This document shows positions 52,372 through 64,000 of a stretch of DNA of 64,000 bases, piece after piece. Both the position numbers and the translations under genes were made by a program. Every line of letters begins with the position of its first letter. The first letter of the stretch is position 1. The stretch comes from Hydrolagus affinis (lineage: Eukaryota), in NCBI GenBank assembly GCA_012026655.1, contig JAAILG010000840.1, forward strand, positions 1 through 64,000, written 5' to 3'. The notes beneath the pieces were generated by a model that saw nothing but the letters and a program-made list of their open reading frames with translations, was not told the DNA's origin and did no database searches.

Positions 52372-55300
52372 TAAACTGCTTAAAAGGAGACAGCAGTCAG
52401 CAGCACTCAATGTCTGAACAAACCTCAGAAATAAGTTTAAAAGTACATTTTGAAAAAGCTCATTTAAAATTAGAAATAAAAAGATACTTAAAATACCTTT
52501 TCATTTTGGACAGATAATGAGAGGTTATATTATAAATTATTGGAATCGTATTTGATTTAAATATGCCTTAAAACATTAAGCAGTTAATTATGTATATATG
52601 TGCATATTCCTACATATATTTCCAAACATGTTTATTTGCGAAAGAACCAAGCATCATGTCTGTTGATAAGAAATAAAGTACTGTAGACACAAATAACTGT
52701 TACCACAGACGTTGATTTGTCAAACAGAAGATGGGATAGTAAAGTAGTAAAGGTAAATTTATCTTATAATTTTTTTTCATTTTACAGTACAATGAATTAA
52801 TTCAATTCTTTAATGAGAATTATAAATCTATGGATCGCTTTAATGGAGATGGATGAGGTGGGATTTCACATCCAACGATTGTGTAGTATTACATGTCGCA
52901 TTTTAAAACAATTAAAGCATGATATTGCTGTACAGAGCAGACTCTCACTTTGATGTAGCTTCTCTACCTCAGTCAAGACAGCAATTGGCTCTGACAATCT
53001 GATGCTCTGGGATGCTACCCTGCGTGAGAGGAGCTAAATAAATCCAGGTTATTTTTGTTGTTGTTAATGCTGCATCCTCATGTCTTGTGTGACACACTTG
53101 TTGTCTATCTCTTCCACCTTCCCCACCCACCCCCCCACCAAAAAAAAACTATTGGTTTGATATTTTTACATGCAATTTGTACTGCAAATAAATAGGTAAT
53201 CCGTCCTCCCGACGTGAAAGGCACTGGACAAATGTGATTTTGGCGTTATTGTTGTAATCATTTGGAATAACCAATGAGTTCTAATTCTAATTCACCATGA
53301 AAGGAAAAATGGACATTTTTCACACTGTCTGCATTTTGCTATTAAATATTTTATTGGAGCCTCTTAGGCTTCCCTTCCTTTGACCATTAACTAATCCTTT
53401 CTTTCATATGCATTACATTTGTATAATAGTCAAGAGAATAATATGAGAGGGGGAATTTCCGTCCAACAACGTATACTACATAGATCAGATGTTGCAAATG
53501 ACTGCATTTCAGCAGATGTTTTGATATCCTTTTTTGGCGTTCGAGCAATACATGATCAGATTTATTGGAGCAATATAAAATAAATCAGAATCTCTATTAT
53601 CCAAAATAGCAGTAGGCACATTTCAGAAAAGCACACTTGCCATTCAATTGGTCAGTGATTTGTTTTGTTCAGTAAAATTAGAATATATCCATATTCGCCC
53701 TTGAAAGTTCAGATAGTGTATCTCATTCAGATAAACCTACAGTTCATTAGTACGTATTGTACTGTACTGTCGAAAAAAAATCCTTTGTTACACTGTACTA
53801 CCTTTATAGAACCTCTATGCCAAGATGACAGACACAATAATGATTCTTAGAAAAAAAAACTAAGAAGACCAAAGGGAATATTTTTCAAATAGGCTCCTCC
53901 TGACAGCACATATCAAAGATAATTGTTGAAGATTTAGCAGAGTACATTTACATTATGCAACTTGATCATACTTCATTTCCCCCCCAAGCATTTTCTTTCA
54001 CTGCATAATATAGTTAATTAACTTCCAGTCCTGTGTTTTTGTAGAAGTCTTAAATAATAACATTGTGCCCTCAAACCACAGTGAAACAATGTAGATGTCT
54101 ACAGTTAAGTGAGTAAGATCATATAGCTCTACCAACATACAGCAAAGGGCAGCCTGGTCCTGATATTTTCAAAGACGGGCAAGAAAAATAAACAGATTAT
54201 GAAGATGTCACATCATAACACTGAATGAAATTTATAATCCAATGAGGTTTAGTTTAAAAGTTCAAAGAGTAAGCACAAAGTAAGCACTATTGCAGTAAAT
54301 CAACTTGACTTTGTCAAAGGTACAAGATTTGCAACCATTTCCCTAACAGTATTGAGAAAAGCAACTTCAATTTCTTTTGGGGGGGTTGCAGTGAAAATTC
54401 CGAGTTTAGGATGTCAGCAAAGAGTTCATGAGCAGAAGGATGTGCTCATCACATTTGGGGAAAGATTGATAGCCAAGAAGGATTTCTCCCCCTGCGCAAT
54501 AAAGAATATTTCTTCCTTAGGATAAGATTCTCCTTTGTGCAGAAAATAAAGTGTTTGTTAGCAACTTTATCGTACCGAACTGCAAAAAGTTTGGTAACAA
54601 AATGATATTAAGTTCACATGTCAAAAAATAATAATCTCAATTAACGTCTAGACAAATTCTGCACAATTATGTTAAGAAGCCTTTTCTGTTTGAACTACCG
54701 GTACTTATAAATACATGGTACAGCATTTGGAATGGATGATACAGAATTTTACAGCCAGGCAATGGGAGACCAAAAGTACTGGTATCTAGATAAGTCAAGT
54801 GGACAGTTTTTAAATTAGCTAAATGTAGTTCAAATTGAAAGAGAAAACACTAAACATGCATATCGATATCAGAGGACTAAGGATGTCTTTATCCCATGCA
54901 GCAACTAAAGCCCTTAACCATATATGGAGGGTAAGCAAATAAACCCCCACCCCAGCTTTATTGCTGATTCATTCATGTGGGAGGTGCAAACACCTAACAT
55001 TTTGGGGTCAAACACTATACAGTATTACGCGGACTGAACGCAGTGTTTGATACCCCTTTAAGAAATTAATAGTAATTAAGAAAGAATCAATGGGATAGAG
55101 GCAGGTGTATAAAAGGATGATGCCACGGGAGGCTGGGGAACTGATTGTGAGCTGAGAATAAATAAAGTAACTTCTACTCTTTAGTTGTGAGAATTCTTAC
55201 AGTTGTGGACAGGAATTATTGCAGCCAGAATTAGACAAACTTAAATGTAGAGTTTAAGAGCACTGCATTACTCTATTGGATCTGGGGTCACAGCTTTGCA

Positions 55301-55429
55301 GGTGGAATTAGATCAATCAACATGAAGATCGATCAAAACTTGCTTACTGCAACTGTTGCCTTCACAGGATATCAAGACTAATAAACTGTTCACTAGGGTG
55401 CGCTAGAATAAATATTTTGATGGAAATTG

Positions 55430-55570
55430 GTCATCCTCCCAACGTGAAAGGCGATCTATAAATGTAATTTTGTTGTTGTTTGTTGTCTTAAATCCAGAGG
55501 TTGCATAACAACAACAACAAAATTGCACTTATATAGCGCCTTTCATGTCGGGAGGACATCCCAAAGCGCT
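55430..55570. mobile_element. Tail-to-tail inverted pair of L2 3' ends
   Basis: tcctcccaacgtgaaaggcg...ttgttg, a 20-nt spacer, then caacaac...cgcctttcatgtcgggagga. Confidence 0.8.
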
Positions 55571-57789
55571 GGAAAACACTCCCGATGTGGAAACACTCCC
55601 TTCCCACATCAGTCCACCCTCTTATCATGCAATTGCCTCCACATTCTGCTACAAAAGCAAAATCCATCGCTGAAGTCACTTGACAACAACAGCAACTTGC
55701 ATTTATATGGTTCATTCAGGTAGGGGACTCCCAATGATACAGTGATGTGGAGAGGAAAGACATCTTCCCTCACTGGAAATCATATGGAGTTTGGCATTTA
55801 GGTAATACGTTGACTCGTGCAAATTGATTGCCACACAGTCGTTGTACTTTACTTTAAAATCCTGTGAAGACCTTTGAGGTGTTTTGATGACCATGATAAG
55901 GTGTTACATCAAGTGCAAGTATTATTAGATTTCTTTATTTCACCGGAACCAGAAACAGAGAGCTATCGAAAATAGCCTGAGAATCTATCTAATTGGGGAA
56001 TCAAATTGAAAAGAGTTTTAAAAACCTGAAAGACTAAATCGCAACAAGCCGGAACACAATCTACTGTGCTGTGGAGTGTAGAACTATGAGGGACACCCTC
56101 TGCTGAACAAAATAAATTGCATTATGTATAATTGTGATCACACTCCTAGGTTCTGCAGGAGTGACTATGGAATAAAGCTGTGATACCTACTGGTAGAAAC
56201 AAGACGAAAAAGAAATCAGTTCATTGTGACTGTCCAGATGCCAGTCGGCTGCTGAATAGCTGACAGAAGAACAGCAATTGTTGAGGCACGATGCAGAAAA
56301 GAAGGTTAAAGGTGGAACTCAGTTTATTATCTGTGCCAATAAATGTATCCATTCTACCGACAATTACATTTTACACACATACTATACTTACAATGTACAC
56401 AACTCAACCTGTTAATGGTAACTAAATGTTTAACTAAAAAAAGTCAAATATAAAATCGAGAAACATGCATTTTCTCATCCATAAAAATATCAGGGAATGT
56501 GACACTAATTGCAATATGAATTGAAGTACGAATACAATAGATTATGGAATGCAATGTTAAATGCATCCTTCAATAAAGGTTCATGATTTTTTTCCAGCAG
56601 GTTTTCTGCCAAACGTTCAGTGGTACCAGGGACCCACTGTTTTATAGTGTCTTGCCCTTGATGGAAAATACTTTCAGTTATTGATCATAAATGTTCATAG
56701 AAAACACCATGTCACCGTGATGAACTGCAACCGCTGTGGATTTGCAACCTCAGCAGAATGGGGAAGAAAAACAAGAGAAAAGAACAAATGCAACATGCGC
56801 AATATTCGATCAATATGTCATTTTGTGCAACCACTCATGCCCGGTCACAGATATTCCAGAGTAAACTTAATGATGATCTGTCAGGGAAGGAATGCCCTCT
56901 ACACAAAATAAAATAGTGTTCTTTTTTTTAAAAAAAGATCATAACAGAAATGTTGAAGCTGGGTATTTAAAACAAGTTTCAGTAATGTTTTTCTGGAGTC
57001 TAAATGTGTCAACGTATGCAGTTTAAAACACTCTCCCTGCAAAGTAAATTTTTCGCGGGAAAATCTATTCCATTTGGGGCCCATTGAGGCCAATGTACTT
57101 CAATTTCCTTTGAACAACCACCATTTACCATAACACTTATAAACTTGTCATAACTGTCTGCTCTCATAGTTTGTCTTCATGAAAATTGACCTCAATAGTG
57201 ATCTATAGACGTTCAAATTAAGTGTTGATCTCAGCTTTTCACTGAATGAATAAATGAATTACTGATTGCAACAAGACTCTTTTCCCTTCTCTGCTTAAAA
57301 GATGTTTCAGCTTGTACATGTTTTTTGATCCAATATTTGTTATATTTTTGCATGATAAAAATTCATTTGATAAAAAAAAGATAATCCTTGCGTTTGGTAT
57401 AATGCCTTATTAGATCTTTTAAACGATTCAAGGTGCTTCACTATACTGTGTGCAAAACGCGGCACACAGTCATGGATTGAGTGACCAAATTATTATTATT
57501 ATTATCACTTTTCATGGGGGAGATGTGGCTATTATTACAGCGAAGGACAATAATAATCCTATAATAATAGTCCTTTGATATAGCAGCTTATCACGTTGTG
57601 TGGATGTCTCAAAGTGCTTCACAACAATAATAAGGAGACAATAACAGATTCTGGGGAATGGGTCCACAGGCACACCCGTACCAAGGTACCATCCTTCAAG
57701 TATGAGCCCAGGGTGATGAGTGTTGGCTGGCTGTAGTGAGGTTTACTGCTGAACCCAATGCTGTTCTCACTTGATATCCCCACACGAGT

Positions 57790-57965
57790 CAGCCTGGCTC
57801 AATGGCAGCACTCTCACCTCCTGGGGAAAAGGTTGCAGTTGTAGCCCTATGTCGAGACTTGGAATCACATATTCTACACCAGGGTGGTGTCACACTTTGG
57901 CTGCGAAGGGCCTGATGCGGCCCAAGGGCCGGTAATTGGACCACCCTGGTCTGACACTCCAATGG
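57790..57965 (+). mobile_element. SacSINE1-like head interrupted by a MITE
   Basis: ggctcaatggcagcactctcacctc...gagacttggaatcacatattcta [insert] gtctgacactccaatg. Confidence 0.55.
57880..57948. mobile_element. 69-bp hAT/Charlie-type MITE
   Basis: Terminal inverted repeats cagggtggt and accaccctg; internal gcggccc/gggcc motifs; imperfect 8-bp target duplication ttctacac / gtct(g)acac. Confidence 0.7.
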
Positions 57966-59042
57966 AGAGGTCCATCTAAGTCTGCGCTGGGAGGAGGAGG
58001 GAGGGGGAGGTAGCTATCTACTTACAGCTCACCTCCCCTTCAACAGGCGAAGCTTGGAAATACTTGGTGAAGCTGCCTAACCGCTCTATATATCTTCCTT
58101 CGATTAGTCACCTGCCCACATGGAAGTCGTGAAGGACGTGTTTATCTCGCTTTTTGGCAATTTTTTTATTTTAAGGCCAGTTGCTGATGTCATGGCAACA
58201 GATATTAAGCTTTGAAAATCCAAACCATCCCACTTGAACTCCATGGTTCTGTACATGATTTGATCCACGATAATATTGGCTCTTATTCTACCCCGCAGAG
58301 CCGGGGAAACTACACGACCCGCATATATCCATGCAATTAGAAATATAATAAACAAGACTAGCAAGTGAGTTCAAGAGAGTGATCTCATTTCGTAACTCAA
58401 ACTGTAGTTATAAACCCTTCACTCCAGTACTTGTATAGTTTAGAGTGACATCTGAAACCCTTGATCAGACTGCATCCTCGAAGCTGATTCTCAGGGACTC
58501 GTCATTCATTTACCACCGTGCACTTCTAATTCACAATTTGAGCCTCGGCTAAATTTCCGTGCACTTAGTTAAACCGTAATAGTTGCCACGGTAAGATGAG
58601 ACATGGTTGAATTATGATTTGGTACCCACATCTTTGTTCCAACAACCCTATTAATAGGGTGTTGTTGATTTATGGAGTTTAAACGGATGATAAATGCAGT
58701 GGCTAAAAGGCACTACTATATAGGCATGTAACAAACTGCGAAATAAACCACGCTGCCTGACTGCACATCGATAGAATTCTCAAGTAGGCAAGGACACTTA
58801 GATGAGATAGGTAGACAATAGTCGAAATTACAGTACACTGAGCTGAAAACAAACCAGCTTTTGCTTACATTGTAATAACCAGATATCCGCACACTACACA
58901 CAATCAAACACAGTTCTAACTCTTCAAAGTTTTAAGAGGCACAATAGAAAATACACTTATAATATTTTCCTGTTCTGTATCATACATTTATTCGCATGCC
59001 CGTTACCACTTGCAGTCATGGGTTCAATGTACAGCAGTTACA

Positions 59043-59096
59043 TCTAATATGCAGATCAGAGCTATAGCAGTTTGTATCTCTGATCTGCATATTAGA
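59043..59096. repeat. Perfect 19-bp inverted repeat with a 16-nt spacer
   Basis: tctaatatgcagatcagag (59043-59061) and ctctgatctgcatattaga (59078-59096). Confidence 0.95.
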
Positions 59097-60086
59097 ATTC
59101 TACATGTTCAAGCATCCAATAAACATAAAAAGATGTCTGTCTAAATTAGGCAGATGATCAACATAAAATATGTTGATGGCGTATCCCGCTTCATAAGCAC
59201 TATGTTTACTAATCTAGCTTCCAGGGGCAGAACTCCAATACTAGTGCTTAGTTATTTCAGATGTTATGCGACCAATATTGAAGCATAAACCCTGAGCGTT
59301 AGAAGAGTTCACATGAAATTGAACTTAATGTCATGAGATCCGCAAATTAAACCTGTACAGCTGATTATTTACCAGTTGTTAGCTTACCTCAGTATTTGCT
59401 CAAGCTTTAATACAACAATCAGTCATCAGAACTGGTGGAGCACTCCCACCTGACTGATACTAATCTCAAATGGACACAAGCAAGAATCCAACATCGATCC
59501 TTGTACACACTCGCAGTCTAGAACACAACACGAAGCCAAGATTGTGAACAGCTCAGGATTAAATGAACGGTTCATTAATTAAGTGCAATATATCTGTTTG
59601 CGTCTGCCTTACTAGGTCATATGGCATTCTCGTTTTTAAAGATGGGGTGAACGAAGATGTCAGAAATCACCAGGGCATAATTCAAATTTCTTTGGCAGCA
59701 TTTAAAACCCCTTTACAGATATGCAGCAACACATTTTCCAGTGTTCTGCAGCAGGTGTCTCCTGTCAGAATTCTACAAACAGGGAAACTGTGTAGCAGAA
59801 GGCACACGGCTATTACTGGCTTTCAGGGTGCTCAAGTGAAAGCTCCTCTACAAGAGAACATATTGCATACTGTAAATTTACTAATGCTGTGTGGACTATT
59901 CAAATGATATGCTAATTGCTTCAATGCTCATTCACTCAGCTTGCAACGCAAGAGCTGTGTGCCACTGGTTTAAAATGAGCACTAACCAACTGAGGCTGAA
60001 TGGTTCTCCTCCCACCAAGAAGAGTTTATGTTTTGTCAAGTGATTGATTAGAGACAGAAGCAACAGCATTATTCAAGGCTCACTCA

Positions 60087-60420
60087 GTGGGAACTGCAGC
60101 GCAGTGGTTAGAGCGCTCGCCTCTCAAGCGAGAGGGATCTGGAACAAAAATGCAAAATGCTGCAGATGCTGGAAATCTGAAACAAAAACAGAAATGAGCT
60201 GGGGACACTCATCAGGTCAGGCAGAATCTATGGCGAGAGGAAAAGTGAGTCAACGTTTCAGGTCCATGAGAGAGGTATCTGAGTTTGTTTCCTGGGCAGG
60301 TAGAAACATTGGGCAAGTTTCTTAGCTCCACACGCCTCTGTTTTACCAAGCAGTAATTAAGTAGGAACCCGGTTGTTTGTCGATTGGTGGATGGCTTTTC
60401 CAGGGGGGGGTGGGGTAACA
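60087..60420 (+). mobile_element. Long-linker SINE head split by a Penelope-like insertion (60142-60269)
   Basis: The head resumes after the insert. Duplication gagaggNatctg at 60130-60141 and 60270-60281. Confidence 0.75.
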
Positions 60421-61697
60421 ACCCGTTAAAACAAATAGCGATTAGTGAGGTGCTTTAAACCCGCATTATGAAATTGTTTGGTGACGACCCAACCAATCAA
60501 GAACAGAAACTGTAATCAAGCTGATTTTGCAGTGTTGATTATTCCCACTTGTATAAATGGCGACACTTATGGGGAATATGTTTAGTAATGTAGCACAAAT
60601 TGTGCAAGAGTACCGGGGTAGAATGAATCACATGAACCAGTAAGACGTGAACTAGTTTGTCCAGCAAAACATCCTTTACTGAATCCATCTTATTAATGGG
60701 TGAATAAACTACTATAGAAAAGAGGGTGGAGTGGGGGGAGTAACAAGGATTAAATTATAATGGAGCAGTTATAGATTATTGCCTAGAATAATGCATATAT
60801 AAAAAATTTAAAGGCCTCACTGTAAATTAAAGTAATCAAGTCTGATGAACAGAAACACCTCATCAAGTTTGGTTAAGATCCAATTAAATATTGTTAAGTG
60901 ATTAAGGTGACAAACTAGTAATCATGGGGGCTGACTTGTATACTGCAGCAGGGAGAGACTGATAAAACGCAACATCATCTTATCATCAGGTAAAACAATA
61001 TGGTTTATAGAGGCCTCGCCATCTCTAAAACACTGTCTGAAATCAAAATGGTAATCTAGGAGGATTTATTTCCATACTAAAGGACAATGAATGCTGCTGC
61101 CATACTGGTGGCAATGCTGGAGACACACAATAAAGTTGTTTGAGCAGAGAAAACTCAAAGTTAGAGAAACCCAAATACTCAGAAGTGGGTGGGAATTATG
61201 ATCTTCTATCATTGGATTAGCTTTTTCACTCCCCTTGTTCCATGTGAGCCAAGCCATTTCAGGTCAGAAACCTAGTGTCTCTTTGTAGATATTTTGTTAA
61301 TATCAGCGTAATTCCAAGAAAATCATTAACCTGAGGGATCAGATGGAGCAAACAAAACTGTTATGTACATTCTCTATAAGGTAATCGTGATTCTATTTGG
61401 CATAACATGATAACTGGAAAGAAAAGCTAGTATTTTTAGACAACAGGGCAAAGTCTGCTTTCCACAACATTGTAAAATAATAAAATATTAAACAAGGGGA
61501 AATATTTTTCAAAATATTTCAGCAACAGACTTCAACAAAGGCAATAACAAAAATAAATGATGTTTATCGTATTCACTTGCCCTAGCAAACACAGCAAACT
61601 GTCAGACAACAGGAGGCATAAGTCAAAACAAAGTGCCAATTTGTACCTAAAGCCTGGATGCATAACCAGAGAGAACCATGAAATATTGTTGATTTGG

Positions 61698-61863
61698 ACT
61701 GCGCTATACAAGTGTAATTTTGTTGCTGTTGTTGATGCAGTATAACACATTACTTAAAATGCTACAGTATAATTCCAAAATCAGCAAAGAAAACCTATTC
61801 AATAACAACAACAACTTTGATTATATAGCGCCCTCAGTGCTGACAGCATCTCAGAGTGCTTCA
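61698..61863. mobile_element. Tail-to-tail pair of L2 3' ends
   Basis: gcgctatacaagtgtaattttgttg ... caacaacaactttgattatatagcgc. Confidence 0.6.
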
Positions 61864-62079
61864 CAATATTCATTTCCATTGTGTAGAATTTCTGGACATA
61901 AAAATATGAATAGAATTCATCATTATCATTACCCACTGTGCTTTCAAAAGGTATTAATCTCCTTATATTTGAAAACCGAGGCCAAAAAACAGATTTGAAT
62001 TCCATTGTATTGGATGGATCAGAATTGCTTGCTCCCCACCCAAGTGCAAAGCTGGAACATTGATCTTTGTGTCAGGGCA

Positions 62080-62340
62080 ATAACAACAACAACTTGCATT
62101 TATTTTGCACTCTCCACGCCAGGAGAGTCTACTTCACGATGGCAGGGTCCGAGATTGAGCCAGTCGGAGGGGAAGGGGGGTAGGTGATCAAAAATACGGA
62201 CGAAGAGAAAGGTCTTCAGGCGCAAACTAAAGATAGGAAAGGAGGAGATGAGGTGAGGGGTTGAGGGAGGGAGTTCCAACTTTTTGGGGCATAGTGGCTG
62301 AAAGCATGGTCGCTGGTGGTGGATTGGGGGACAAGGACGA
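62080..62340 (-). mobile_element. L2 3' fragment
   Basis: Colinear with 29727-29990 (ggtcttcagg, gggttgagggagg, ggcatagtggctgaa). Confidence 0.8.
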
Positions 62341-62389
62341 GGTCAATTGCGAAAGAAACCATAAGTATCCCCATCAAAATGTAATACAG

Positions 62390-62572
62390 TAATAAAATAA
62401 TAATAATCCTTGCATTTGATACAGCAACTTATCACATCTTAGAGAGGTCTCAAAACGCTTCATAAAATATATTGCAAAGTGAATTGACTTTATATTTTGT
62501 GTATGAAACGCGACAGCCTATTGCACACAGCAGTGTCCCACAAACACTCGTGGATTGCGTGACCAAATTATC
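62390..62572 (-). mobile_element. SINE 3' module
   Basis: Body and tail read on the reverse strand. Confidence 0.82.
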
Positions 62573-63373
62573 ATTTGTCTTTCAGCATTAAAGAAAAACA
62601 GAATCCAGATTCTTGAGACATTTGCAATGATCTTTATCTTAAAGATAAATACTGTACAAGGTTTCTCAGACTTTGAGAAAAATTAAGTGGTGAAGGCTTG
62701 TTTTACCTCAATATCTGGCAAATCTCTGCTCAGCATTCGAGACATGGTGGAACCGGCTGAGGACTGATGTAACTTTGGTTGGTAACAAGAATTGTAATCA
62801 GCAGCAGTAAGTCTAGGCAGTTCCAAACTCCAATCTGATAAAGAACGCGAGCATCAGTTTATGTAACATATCAGTGGGTAACCAGTTCAGGTTGTCATGG
62901 TTGGGTGTGTTAAAATAAACTTGGCTCAATGTACAGTGGAAAAAGTTCACCAACTGTAGCCCTTCAAATATTTAAACAGAATATGCCTAACATTGTAATG
63001 CAACACATTGCCTCGTTACCTCCTGTGCCAGGAGATGTGGAGAGAATACGAACAAGCTCGACTGTTGGCACAAACCTGTTTGTGGCTGAGAAACTTTTGA
63101 GAGAAGAGATGCAGACATTGTGCGGGGTGAGCCTGGCCTATGCGTATGCTTATTTATTGATCATCAATTATAATGAGTGTGGCCACCGTCTGCAAAGAAA
63201 ACAAAGGGTTATGGGGTTACGGACGGACCTGAACTTCGTAGAATGTAAACGTGTCAGTCAACAAACAAACAAACAAACAAACAACAACACAATTAGAGTT
63301 ATACCAGGTGGCACTCCTGAAACCAGCCTTTTATTGTTACCAACCGTTGCTGCAATAAAATACAATATGTTCG

Positions 63374-63640
63374 TGGAGCTCCTGTAGCTCAGTGGTTGGA
63401 GCATTCGCCTTACATGTGTGAGACCTGTGTACAAAACCAGGCAGATCAGGGTGAAATTGTGGGCAAGTTTCCTTACTCCGCATGCCCAGCTCTTTGGGAA
63501 GTCCTCTGTAAATGTAATTTTGTTGCTATTATTGTTGTTGTTGCCCCTGTTCCCTGTTACACCTCTCTCAACAACAACAACAACAACAAATTACATTTAT
63601 AGAGCGCCTTTCACGTCGGGAGGACGTCCCAAGGCGCTCT
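63374..63640. mobile_element. SINE head fused to an L2-type (TTG)n tail (+), followed by an inverted L2 3' end (-, 63569-63640)
   Basis: gtagctcagtggttggagc...gggcaagtttccttactcc, then ctttgggaagtcctctgtaaatgtaattttgttg. Confidence 0.72.
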
Positions 63641-63679
63641 CACCAGTCTCTCACACAAAAACGAAGAGCTTTGTTGTCA

Positions 63680-63830
63680 GGAATCGGTTTAATGTCACAT
63701 CTTAAAGGGCAACACATCCAATAATACAGTACTCCTTCAATATTGCACTGTAGTGTCAGAATAGACCACAAGCTCAAAATCTTGGTGAAGGGTTTGAACT
63801 CACACAACGTTCCAATACAGAGGCTCTAAT
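63680..63830 (-). mobile_element. Ancient DeuSINE (SacSINE1-like) 5' half
   Basis: ggtttaatgtcacatc...actccttcaatattgcactgtagtgtcag...gggtttgaactcac. Confidence 0.55.
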
Positions 63831-64000
63831 GTTAACAAAAAGGTAAAACTAACACAGAGGTTTTGAACAGTTTTGAACCTTGGAAAAATAATCCTGTGAA
63901 TGGCTTCTCTCTGACAGCTGATAGATTCACATTTCATACAAACATATGCTTCTCTGATGTCTGATGGAAACTATGTAAACATAGACACAGGAGCTATTGA

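Noticed and set aside
60841-60870. Hammerhead ribozyme (ctgatga-aca-gaaac)
   Set aside because: There is no stem II between the two boxes and no supporting stems I or III.

Overview
AT-rich vertebrate genomic DNA lying entirely inside the dihydropyrimidine dehydrogenase gene (DPYD) on the minus strand. Five coding exons (2-6 by human numbering; 111, 83, 88, 162 and 197 nt) have canonical AG/GT ends and join in frame. They encode the N-terminal Fe-S domain and the start of the FAD domain; exon 1 and exons 7 onward lie outside the window. The introns hold many repeats: a tRNA-headed, DeuSINE-like SINE with a (TTA)n tail (over 20 copies or fragments), short L2 3' ends with (TTG)n tails, CR1 remnants, older SacSINE1/AmnSINE1-like copies, Penelope-like fragments and a small hAT MITE. 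This repeat mix suggests a cartilaginous fish, probably a chimaera (inference). No novel system can be proven from the sequence alone. The best leads are a two-exon antisense model for a secreted cationic, piscidin-like peptide in intron 2, other antisense exon candidates, a perfect 19-bp hairpin in intron 1, and a SINE carrying an internal inverted copy of its own tail. Repeat boundaries are approximate and were placed by eye.
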